A DNA stretch of 64,000 nucleotides from Octopus vulgaris (taxonomy: Eukaryota), in contig OX597821.1 in NCBI GenBank assembly GCA_951406725.2, positions 44,640,001 through 44,704,000 of the forward strand, in the 5' to 3' direction. Position 1 is the first letter of the stretch. Each line of letters begins with the position of its first letter. Below, piece by piece: positions 41,963-51,075 of the stretch. The position numbers and the translations under genes are program-made. The notes under the pieces were generated by a model. That model saw nothing but the letters and a program-made list of their open reading frames with translations. It made no database searches and was not told the DNA's origin.

Positions 41963-43135
41963 ATGAGCAAACCAAGTAAAGTGAAGATTCATCAGTATTC
42001 ATTGGAAATTTTGAAGTTTGGGTTTATTCCCACTGTGCACAGTAAACACACACCATTCTGCTTATTGTGTCATGAGACATTGACTAATGAGCCAATGAAG
42101 GGAGGCTGACTGAAAGTACACCTGAGAGTAAAGCATCCCAATCTCGCCAATTCAAATTTGGAATATTTTAAGTCACTAAAAGAAAAATTTGAAAATTGAT
42201 AAAAAAAATCTCTAGATTATTCTCTGTACAAAATGCAACCCACAATCATACTCTTGAAGCAAGCTATGAAATTCTTCTGATCATAGCAAAGCCTGGAAAG
42301 AATCATACTATTGGAGAGGAATTGATTAAACCAGTTATCTCAGTATTTTTAAAAACTGATACAAAAGGATGATAAAGATCTTATGGCCATGCTGCTGAGT
42401 AATAACACTGTCTGCAAAAGAATTGATGACATGGGGAAAGATGTTGAAGAACGGCTAATTGAGAAACTGAAATCATTGAAATTTTCAATACAAATGGATG
42501 AAGCTACCTTTAAGAATAGTGATGCTCTGTGATTGGCATATGTGAAGTATATTGATCAAGAAGAGTTTCAGGAAGAGATGTGGTTTTGTGAATCAGTAGA
42601 AATGACTGTTACTACAGCTGATTTCTACAGCAAACTGAAGAAATTATTTGGATTCAAACAAAATGCCAAAAGGAAACATTATATCATATGCTGAAAACTG
42701 ATGAAGGAGGAATATCCAAACATGTTGACTGTACATTGTGTTATTATCCACTGAGAAAACTTGATTGCCAAGAAAATTTCCCCTGTTCTTCACAAGATTC
42801 TGCAATCTGTGATCAAGTGTGTTAACGCCATCAAATCAAGTGTTACATTTGGATGTCTTTTTAAGCTGTTCTGTGTGAATCAAAGTGCAGTACATGTTTG
42901 ATCATTACTTCATACAGAAATTGTCAAAAGGAAGTTACTTGAAGAGATTCATGGAGTTATTTAATGAGCTCAGTGAGGTTTTGAACACAAAACTGAAAGG
43001 AAGTTTCTGTCAACAACAGATAGCAAGGCATATGTCAGGTATTTGACAAACATCTTTGAGAAATAAGCAACTTAAACAAACAACTCCAAGGAGCAAATAT
43101 AACTCTTGCTGATGCAAAAACAAAGATTTTCAGCC
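41963..43135 (+). mobile_element. Degenerate hAT transposase of Buster/ZBED5-SCAND3 type
   Basis: PFCLLCHETLTNE (BED-like finger), KNHTIGEELIKP, LSNNTVCKRIDDM, FSIQMDEAT, HCVI and LLLHTE, with stops and frameshifts. Confidence 0.88.
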
Positions 43136-44082
43136 ATTCATTTTCTAAATGATAGGACACTTCCCTATAGTTTGAACAAAATTTCTATAAATCCTTGCAC
43201 AGAAGCCTTTAATCAATATCTATAAAGCTGAAATGTGAAAAAGTTGTTTGATTTCTTGGTTATTTGTTTCACTTTGGGATGGGAACGGTTTAAGGGGTGG
43301 TAGATGGGGTTGGATTGGCACCAAAATTTACACTGGGGGGTAAAATGGGGTGGGCAATGGTGTGAGGAGGGTTGCAAGTTGCTCGGGGCTACCATTTTGT
43401 TGCCATCACCACCAAAACCCGAGCAAAGCAAGGGTCAAAATAGTTTATTTCTATTTTTCATTTTAAATTGAATTTTAACTGTTTGCATCTGAAAATTTTT
43501 CAGAAATCTAACATAGAAAATACTTTTCAAATCACTTTATCAAATGTTGTTTGAAATTTCTGGTGAAATTATTCAAAAGGCTAACCAATTAGCTTTTTGG
43601 ATCTAGTGTAATATTAAAATTACATAGCATCTGGTATATACAAGGACAAGGCCTTATGGTGGAACATGTTGGAGAAATATATCATTAACAACTGCTATTT
43701 TATAGTCAGGCCTGATAAACTACTAACGAGTTAGCTTTTTTGAATCCAACATGATGCGCTACATAAAATATTTAGTGTAAGTCAATTAGGAATAGACTGT
43801 TGAGGAAAGGGCTTCTTTGAGATTGACAAACTACAAAGTACAGATTCAAAAAGATTATCACAAGAAATTCAGGAGGTAAGATTAGTGCCCAGAATGAAAG
43901 GCAAATTATGATTTATGTACTTAATTTTAAACATATTTATTTTGGTTAATTTTCAACAGTTAATTAAACTCATCAAATTTATATGATTAACAATCAATTG
44001 AAATGACATCAGAGAAGTACTAACGTCTTAATTTGATTGCTTAATTGATCAAATGTTGTATATTTTTATTGAATTTTGTGTT

Positions 44083-44160
44083 CTTTGTATTGAATTTTGA
44101 CTTTTAGATTGTTTGATATTTCAACATTTAGCTCATTAGAGTTTTCTGACAAATCTGCAT
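44083..44160 (-). pseudogene. Decayed second ubiquitin repeat
   Basis: MQI follows GG directly. After a frameshift another frame reads [18 protein letters not shown] (cf. ubiquitin [21 protein letters not shown]). Confidence 0.7.
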
Positions 44161-44388
44161 ACCACCTGGCAGTCGATAAACTAAGTACAGTGTTGTCTGG
44201 TTTTCAATTTCATAGTCAAAAAGTGTTTTGTCATTTTCTAATTCTTTTCCATTATAGAGCAAATGTTGTTGATCTGGTGGAATACCTTGGTGATTTTCAA
44301 TTTTAGCTTTTACATTTTCAATAGTATCTGAAGTATGAACTTCTATAGTAATAGTCCGGCTTTCCCATGTCATTATAAAAATCTGCAT
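44128..44388 (-). CDS. Divergent ubiquitin paralogue (76-aa unit ending RLPGG plus 10-aa extension)
   Basis: Ungapped alignment to ubiquitin, 46/76 identical by hand count. A splice acceptor (ttttttatcttgtag) lies 4 nt before the ATG, as in polyubiquitin genes. AATAAA on the - strand at 44065-44070. Confidence 0.85.
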   Translation of the reverse strand: MQIFIMTWESRTITIEVHTSDTIENVKAKIENHQGIPPDQQHLLYNGKELENDKTLFDYEIENQTTLYLVYRLPGGMQICQKTLMS

Positions 44389-44534
44389 TTTCCTACAAGA
44401 TAAAAAAGAAAAATTTAATTAATATACACATTTACACATCCCTACTGAGAATCGCTGTATAAACATCAAAAGAATAAATTTGCAGTAATTAAGAGCTCAA
44501 TTAATAATAGGTCATTTAAACTCCAATCCATTAT

Positions 44535-44573
44535 TACATTGCAGTAAATCCCAACAGGATTTACTGCAATGTA
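44535..44573. repeat. 17-bp perfect hairpin
   Basis: tacattgcagtaaatcc-caaca-ggatttactgcaatgta. Confidence 0.9.
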
Positions 44574-44631
44574 TATGTATCATTTGTAAAAAACATAAAT
44601 CTGAAAGAAGCACACTGTAAGATGTAGAGCA

Positions 44632-45038
44632 ATATATATTGAAAATGGGGAGGGCTGGTTTATGGGATTACCTTGGGTTTCCAGTCCATAAAGGGATGCT
44701 TTGTGGCATACTCCCAGATCCCAAAAACCTGTTGGCCCAAGACCTCTTAAAAATACGGAGGAGGAAATGTCTCACTACTCAACGGTAACAATTGGGGATT
44801 ATCTCCCTTTGCTATCAGCTACTGACTTCTGAGTATCGACTTCCAATAGCTGATAGCGAAGGGAGATAATCCCCAATTGTTACCTTTGAGTAGTGAGACA
44901 TTTCCTCCTCCATATTTTTAAGAGGTTTTGAGCCAACAGGTTTTTGGGATCTGGAGGTATGCCATAAAGCTAAACCCTTTATGGACTGGAAACCCAAGGT
45001 AATCCCATAAACTAGCCTTTCCCATTTTTAATATATAT
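44632..45038. mobile_element. Fold-back/MITE-like element: about 190-bp inverted arms with a 25-nt loop
   Basis: 44632-44821 is the reverse complement of 44847-45038 apart from scattered substitutions. It is flanked by TA runs. Confidence 0.85.
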
Positions 45039-45822
45039 ATATATTTCCCTAGAATAGCTTAACATATTCACAGACCCCCACCACCCAGTACTACATTTGT
45101 GGACCATCAGAGATCTGCAGACCACAGGTTGGGAAGCACTGATATATATATCATCATCGATAATTAACATCCATGTTCAAAGCTGGCATAGATTGGACAG
45201 TTTCACAAGGATGCAATGGATCAAAGGCCTGCATCATGCTCCAGTATCTACTTTGGCATGTTTTCTGTGGCTAGATGCATGTATGCATGTATACACACAC
45301 ACATGTACATGCGCGTGCACACACACACACGCACACATACAAACAAACAAACAAAAGTCAGGAGTTACGAGAAGTGAATATCTTTATTTAATCATTTGAC
45401 ATCCTTGAATTATTGATATAACTATGATGTTCTGGTGATCTGTTGAGCTAGCTTTCTTTATTTGTACTGATTTGTGAATATACAGTTGTACTGTATAATG
45501 GTCAGCATACATTTTAATGCAAACATATATACATAATTTCTTCCATACTAAAATCATGATTACATATAGAATGCTGCAAAATGGTTGCAATCCTAAAGAT
45601 GTCACGTAGTTAAATAGATATATTCACTTCTCATACCTCCTAACTATTTATGTCTTATATACTTCTCAGGAAATAGTTTCATCTATCAGATCTTCTGGAT
45701 TTCAACTGTATAGTCATTCTGTGTTAAACTTCTCTGTATTGGACTATTATTACAGTTAGCCAAGTCTGTAAGAGGAACTTTCTGTGATAGCCATACAATT
45801 CCTTGAATCCCTATCTTAAACT

Positions 45823-45870
<48 letters not shown>

Positions 45871-45872
<2 letters not shown>

Positions 45873-46191
45873 GCAAGTGTCTTCTACTATAGCCTCGGGC
45901 CGACCAAAGCCTTGTGAGTGGATTTGGTAGACGGAAACTGAAAGAAGCCCGTCGTATATATGTATATGTGTGTGTGTCTGTGTTTGTCCCCCCTAGCATT
46001 GCTTGACAACCGATGCTGGTGTGCTTATGTCCCCATTACTTAGCGGTTCGGCAAAAGAGACCGATAGAATAAGTACTGGGCTTACAAAAAGAATAAGTTC
46101 CGGGGTCGAGTTGCTTGATTAAAGGTGGTGCTCCAGCATAGTCGCAGTTAAATGACTGAAACAAGTAAAAGAGTAAAAAAAGAGTAAAAGA

Positions 46192-46193
<2 letters not shown>
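45871..46193 (+). mobile_element. 5'-truncated copy of the same SINE family
   Basis: gggcaagtgtcttctactatagcctcgggcc...ggtggtgctccagcatagtcgcagttaaatgactgaaacaagtaaaagag. Confidence 0.85.
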
Positions 46194-46234
<41 letters not shown>

Positions 46235-46300
46235 GGAGTAAGCACATATATGTGAAACAAGGTGGAAAAAAGAGTACTCAAGTACCGGAGGTAGAGTAAT

Positions 46301-46404
46301 ATGCTTTATTTAAAAGCAGCAGAAATATAGCAAAAGCTGTTACACAGAGTTTCACATGAAACTCTGAGTAACAGCTATATTTCTGCTGCTTTTAAATAAA
46401 GTAT
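46301..46404. repeat. Palindrome in a short (TA)n-flanked element
   Basis: ctttatttaaaagcagcagaaatatagc...gctgttacacagagtttca / tgaaactctgagtaacagc tatatttctgctgcttttaaataaag. Confidence 0.9.
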
Positions 46405-46725
46405 ATATATATATATTACTATTACGATTCTGCAATTTAAATTCCCAGTTCAACTTACTTTCTTCTTCAATTTCAACTCCCGCTCGATGACCGCAGCAAG
46501 TTCTTAAAAATTTATCTTACTATATTTTTTTATTCGTTGTTACTACGTTTATTCATACACTGTTACGAAAATTTAACCTTTTTAGGCTACTTTCAAGCCT
46601 TCGCCATAACTTGATTTATCTTCCTATCTCTCTCTCTACAATATTTAACCGTAGGCTGCCTCAAGCCGTAATCCCATCTTTTTCCCATCTTTCAGCCATT
46701 GACGGTGCATCCGCCCCCCCACCCC

Positions 46726-46911
46726 CACCACCAATACCGTTGAACACTGTTCTCACCCCCACCACCAATACCGTTGAACACTGTTCTCACCCCCACCACC
46801 AATACCGTTGAACACTGTTCTCACCCCCACCACCAATACCGTTGAACACTGTTCTCACCCCCACCACCAATACCGTTGAACACTGTTCTCACCCCCCCCA
46901 CCACCAATACC
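46726..46911 (+). repeat. 34-bp tandem repeat, about 5 copies, in the RTE 5' UTR
   Basis: Unit ccaataccgttgaacactgttctcacccccacca starts at 46731, 46765, 46799, 46833 and 46867. Confidence 0.95.
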
Positions 46912-47000
46912 AGTATACCCCGTTCTCTCCATCTACACCGGATACGCCTTACTCATCTACACTGGGTACGCCCTACTCCCTCCTCCTCCCCCCACTACCA

Positions 47001-47298
47001 CTTCTCCTCATATGCTTAAGACAAGCTGCTAGCGCCATAGCTCATCAACTGCCCACCGATCTTACGCTTCCTCCTGACACTGCCTCAATCCGACCATCCC
47101 CTTTTAGTACCCTCCCGCCTCGTCAATCCGACCATCCCCTTTTAGTACCCTTCTCCTCATATGCTTAAGACAAGCTGCTAGCGCCATAGCTCATCAACTG
47201 CCCACCGATCTTACGCTTCCTCCTGACACTGCCTCAATCCGACCATCCCCTTTTAGTACCCTCCCGCCTCGTCAATCCGACCATCCCCTTTAGTACCC
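47001..47298 (+). repeat. 149-bp direct duplication in the RTE 5' UTR
   Basis: cttctcctcatatgcttaagacaagctgc... starts at 47001 and again at 47150. Confidence 0.95.
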
Positions 47299-47509
47299 TC
47301 CCGCCTCGTAATATCCTACGTTTTTATTTCTTAGGAACCTACACCAACCCTTCCTGCCATCGTTCCTCCTTACCCCAACCTTCCCCACTGGTTGCTCCCC
47401 TATATTACCCGCCTCAACTGGACCTCCCCAACTCAACTCTAGAATATCTGTATTTCTTTCCTCTACCTAATTACGTTACTCAGTGACGATAACAAATGTC
47501 CACTGCTAA

Positions 47510-50500
47510 CACCAGCTCCTGCCCACGGCGTGGTCAGGTTGGAAGAGAGATCAAAAGAAAAATACCACGAAAACTATCACCACCACTACAACCCTCCTCT
47601 TCTCAGGCGCCGAATCCCCCTGTCCCCCCCACATCTCCTTCCCAGTTTTCAGAGTTGGCACTATCAATGTTGGTACATTGACAGGCAAGTCTAGTGAGAT
47701 TGTAGAGATGCTAGAGAGAAGACAGGTTGATGTATGCTGCATACAAGAGGTAAGATGGAGAGATGCTTCGGCTAGGGTCCTCACGGGCAAGGCACTTAGA
47801 TACAAACTCTACTGGCAAGGTAACGCGGAAGGTGTAGGGGGTGTAGGCATTCTCCTTGCGGAGGAATGGGTGGATAAGGTCATAGAGGTTGTCAGGGTTT
47901 GTGATAGAGTGCTTAAGCTCAGGTTGGTCCTACAGAGTGGCACAGCTATGATTATCTCAGCCTATGCCCCACAAGCGGGACTACCAAATGATCAGAAGGA
48001 CAACTTTTATGATACCCTTCTGCAGGCTACTTCAAAGACTAGTAACAAGGACCTCATCTTTGTAGGTGGAGATTTTAACGGGCATGTTGGGCGGGAATCG
48101 GGTATCTTCACTGGGGTACATGGTGGATATGGTATTGGCACCAGAAATGATGAGGGAACTAGACTACTGGAATTCTGTGATGCATGTAACCTTTCAATCT
48201 GCAACACTAACTTCAAGAAGCCAGTCTGCCACCTTATAACTTATCAGTCAGGAGACTCCGCTAGCCAAATAGACTTCATCCTCACCAGACAACGGGATGC
48301 AGGGTTGCTCTTGAATACAAAGACCCTCCCGGGTGAAGAATGTATCCCTCAGCATAGACTAATCATCAGTGACTTTAAGCTTGAGGCCAGAAGGACTCCA
48401 AGAAACAAACCAATCCAGAAAAGAAGGATTTGGAGGCTAAAGAACCCTTCGCATGGTCAGAAATTTAGGGACATACTCATCAAGAAATTTGATGAGAGGG
48501 AAGAGGAGCTTCAGACGTCAGACATAGAAGGTAGCTGGGAATTCCTACGGGACAGCTTGTTGAGTGCCACAGACCAAGTTTGTGGATGGTGCAAAGTCCC
48601 TTCCAGACCTAGAATTACGTGGTGGTGGAATAGTGCAGTAGATAAAGCCATCTGTGAAAAGAGACGGGCCTGGAAAGCCTGGAAGGATGGGGGCAGCAGG
48701 GAACTGTACCAGATAGCCAAAAGGGAGGCTGGGCGGCAGGTATACATTGCCAAAGATGTAGCAGAAAAGAAGAAGTTTGCCAATGTCCAGCGTCGCGAGG
48801 ATCAAAGAGCTGAAGTATTTCGGATTGCCAGACAGTGTGTCAGAGAAAATAGCGATGTTATAGGAGAGAAATGTGTCCGCATGGATGATGGGGCACTTGC
48901 TTTTACTACTAGTGAAAAGAAAGAGGCTTGGAGAAGCCATTATGAAAGACTGCTAAATGAGGAGAATGAATGGGAGGAGGAGAGCCTGCCAAATGTTGAC
49001 CCAGTAGAGGGACCAGCTACCCGAATAGACAGCTCCCTTGTAGATAAGGCAATTAAGGATATGAAACCAGGCAAAGCCCCTGGCCTATCAGGAATCACTG
49101 CTGAGATGCTTAAAACAGCTGGCTATGTGGGCCATGCCATAGTCACCCGCATTGTAAACCAGGTAGTTCACAATGGAGCCATACCCAATGACTGGTGCAG
49201 CAGTACCATAGTCAACTGCTACAAGGGTAAGGGTGATGCTCTAGATAGAAATAACTACAGAGGTATCAAACTGTTGGACCAGGTGATGAAGGTCTCAGAG
49301 AAGGTCATAACCAATCTCATTAGGGAGAGAATTTGTTTAGATGAAATGCAGTTCGGTTTTGTACCAGGTAGAAGCACCACTGATGCTATATTCCTGGTCC
49401 GACAACTGCAGGAGAAGTACCTAGCTAAAGATAAACCCCTCTACATAGCTTTTGTAGACTTGGAGAAAGCCTTTGACAGGGTTCCCCGTTCCCTTATCTG
49501 GTGGTCGATGCGGAAACTGGAGATTGAAGAATGGCTAATAAGGGCTGTACAGGCTCTATACAGAGAGGCTGTTAGCAAGGTTAGGATTGGCAACGAATAT
49601 AGTGAAGAATTCCGAGTAGAAGTAGGTGTGCACCAGGGCTCAGCCCTCAGTCCCCTTTTGTTCATCATAGTCCTTCAAGCAATAACAGAGGAATTCAAAA
49701 CGGGATGCCCCTGGGAGCTCCTCTATGCCGATGACCTAGCTCTCATAGCAGAATCACTACCGGAACTAGAAGAGAAATTTCGGGTATGGAAGCAAGGGTT
49801 GGAATCAAAGGGCCTTAGAATAAATGTAGCAAAGACCAAAGTATTAGTAAGCAGCAAGAGGTACTCAACACACATCCCCTCGGGTAGGTGGCCCTGCTCA
49901 ACCTGTAGGAAAGGTACAGGTAGAAACTCCATAAGATGCACCCAATGTAAGTTATGGACACATAAGAGGTGCAGCAACATTAAAGGGAAATTAACAGATA
50001 AGATAGCTTACATGTGCGGCAGATGCACAGGGACAATAGACACAACAGACACTCAGAAAACAGATTCCATCACACTCCAGGGAGAGAAACTAGAAGTAGT
50101 TGATAGTTTCCGCTACCTGGGAGACCAAGTTAGTAGCGGAGGTGGATGCACAGAGAGTATCACCACTAGAATACGAATAGCCTGGGCAAAGTTCAGAAAG
50201 CTCCTACCCCTACTGGCAACAAAAAGCCTCTCCCTCAGAGCAAAAGGTAGATTATATGATGCATGTGTGCGAACTGCCATGCTTCACGGTAATGAAACAT
50301 GGGCTGTGACTGCAGAAGACATGCGTAGACTTGAAAGAAATGAAGCTAGCATGATCCACTGGATGTGTAGTGTCAGTGTGCACGCAAAACAGAGTGTAAG
50401 TATCCTGAGAGAAATGCTGGATATAAGAAGCATCAGATGTGGTGTGCAAGAGCGACGCTTGCGATGGTATGGTCATGTGCTGCGGATGGATGAAGAGAGA

Positions 50501-50815
50501 TGTGTGAAGAAGTGCCACTCCCAAACAGTTGAAGGTATCAGGGGGAGAGGTAGACCCAGGAAGACATGGGATGAGGTGGTCAAGCATGACCTCAGAGCAT
50601 TGGGCCTCACTGAGGCAATGGCGAAGGACCGAGATCTCTGGAGATATGCTGTGACTACAAAGACCCGGGCTGCTTTCTGCAGCAATTCCACATACCCCCT
50701 ACCCATTCTAAGTACCCCGGATCCCCAAAGTACCCCGGATCCCCAAAGTACCCTGGATCCCCAAAATACCCCGATCCCCAAAGTACCCCGGACCTCGTTG
50801 CCCCCGTGCCGCTGA
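47510..50815 (+). CDS. RTE LINE ORF: AP endonuclease, reverse transcriptase and PHD-type Zn finger
   Basis: Stop-free frame from 47510. Motifs: GTINVGTL, CCIQEVRW, GGDFNGHVG, NYRGIKLL, QFGFVPGRST, FVDLEKAFD, GVHQGSALSP, YADD (49724-49735), FRYLG and RGRPRKTW. Confidence 0.95.
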   Translation, partial: HQLLPTAWSGWKRDQKKNTTKTITTTTTLLFSGAESPCPPHISFPVFRVGTINVGTLTGKSSEIVEMLERRQVDVCCIQEVRWRDASARVLTGKALRYKLYWQGNAEGVGGVGILLAEEWVDKVIEVVRVCDRVLKLRLVLQSGTAMIISAYAPQAGLPNDQKDNFYDTLLQATSKTSNKDLIFVGGDFNGHVGRESGIFTGVHGGYGIGTRNDEGTRLLEFCDACNLSICNTNFKKPVCHLITYQSGDSASQIDFILTRQRDAGLLLNTKTLPGEECIPQHRLIISDFKLEARRTPRNKPIQKRRIWRLKNPSHGQKFRDILIKKFDEREEELQTSDIEGSWEFLRDSLLSATDQVCGWCKVPSRPRITWWWNSAVDKAICEKRRAWKAWKDGGSRELYQIAKREAGRQVYIAKDVAEKKKFANVQRREDQRAEVFRIARQCVRENSDVIGEKCVRMDDGALAFTTSEKKEAWRSHYERLLNEENEWEEESLPNVDPVEGPATRIDSSLVDKAIKDMKPGKAPGLSGITAEMLKTAGYVGHAIVTRIVNQVVHNGAIPNDWCSSTIVNCYKGKGDALDRNNYRGIKLLDQVMKVSEKVITNLIRERICLDEMQFGFVPGRSTTDAIFLVRQLQEKYLAKDKPLYIAFVDLEKAFDRVPRSLIWWSMRKLEIEEWLIRAVQALYREAVSKVRIGNEYSEEFRVEVGVHQGSALSPLLFIIVLQAITEEFKTGCPWELLYADDLALIAESLPELEEKFRVWKQGLESKGLRINVAKTKVLVSSKRYSTHIPSGRWPCSTCRKGTGRNSIRCTQCKLWTHKRCSNIKGKLTDKIAYMCGRCTGTIDTTDTQKTDSITLQGEKLEVVDSFRYLGDQVSSGGGCTESITTRIRIAWAKFRKLLPLLATKSLSLRAKGRLYDACVRTAMLHGNETWAVTAEDMRRLERNEASMIHWMCSVSVHAKQSVSILREMLDIRSIRCGVQERRLRWYGHVLRMDEERCVKKCHSQTVEGIRGRGRPRKTWDEVVKHDLRALGLTEAMAKDRDLWRYAVTTKTRAAFCSNSTYPLPILSTPDPQSTPDPQSTLDPQNTPIPKVPRTSLPPCR
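50710..50792 (+). repeat. 18-bp tandem repeat at the end of the RTE ORF
   Basis: agtaccccggatccccaa, about 4.5 copies, translated as STPDPQ repeats. Confidence 0.9.
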
Positions 50816-51075
50816 CACGTTAAAATGCTCGAATCCGATCGTGACGATGCCGGACCCTCCGGCCCCTGTGCAGGTGGCACGTAAAAAGCACCCAATCCAC
50901 TCACGGAGTGGTTGGCGTTAGGAAGGGCATCCAGCCGTAGAAACTCTGCCAGATTCAGACTGGAGCCTGGAGCGGCCCCTGGCTTCCCAGACCCGGTCAA
51001 ACCGTCCAACCCGTGCTAGCGCGGAAAGCGGACGTTAAACGATGATGATGATGATGATGATGATATATATATATA

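Larger units (their letters stand above)
46421..51064 (+). mobile_element. Near full-length RTE-clade LINE
   Basis: About 1 kb C-rich 5' UTR with tandem repeats, a single APE-RT ORF, a 3' UTR shared with many truncated copies, and a (GAT)n tail. (TA)n lies on both sides. The 5' boundary is approximate. Confidence 0.92.

Noticed and set aside
41963-43135. Domesticated ZBED/SCAND3-like host gene
   Set aside because: Multiple stops and frameshifts mark it as a transposon fossil.
44128-44388. Calling the ubiquitin-like gene NEDD8, UBB/UBC or a ribosomal fusion
   Set aside because: It has R72 rather than NEDD8's A72, is far too divergent for canonical ubiquitin, and has no ribosomal protein tail. 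No symbol was assigned.
46726-46911. 34-bp repeats resembling a CRISPR array
   Set aside because: The units are contiguous with no unique spacers, there are no cas genes, and they lie in a eukaryotic LINE UTR.
48007-51009. Antisense ORFs overlapping the RTE ORF
   Set aside because: They are shadows of the coding strand with no recognisable motifs.
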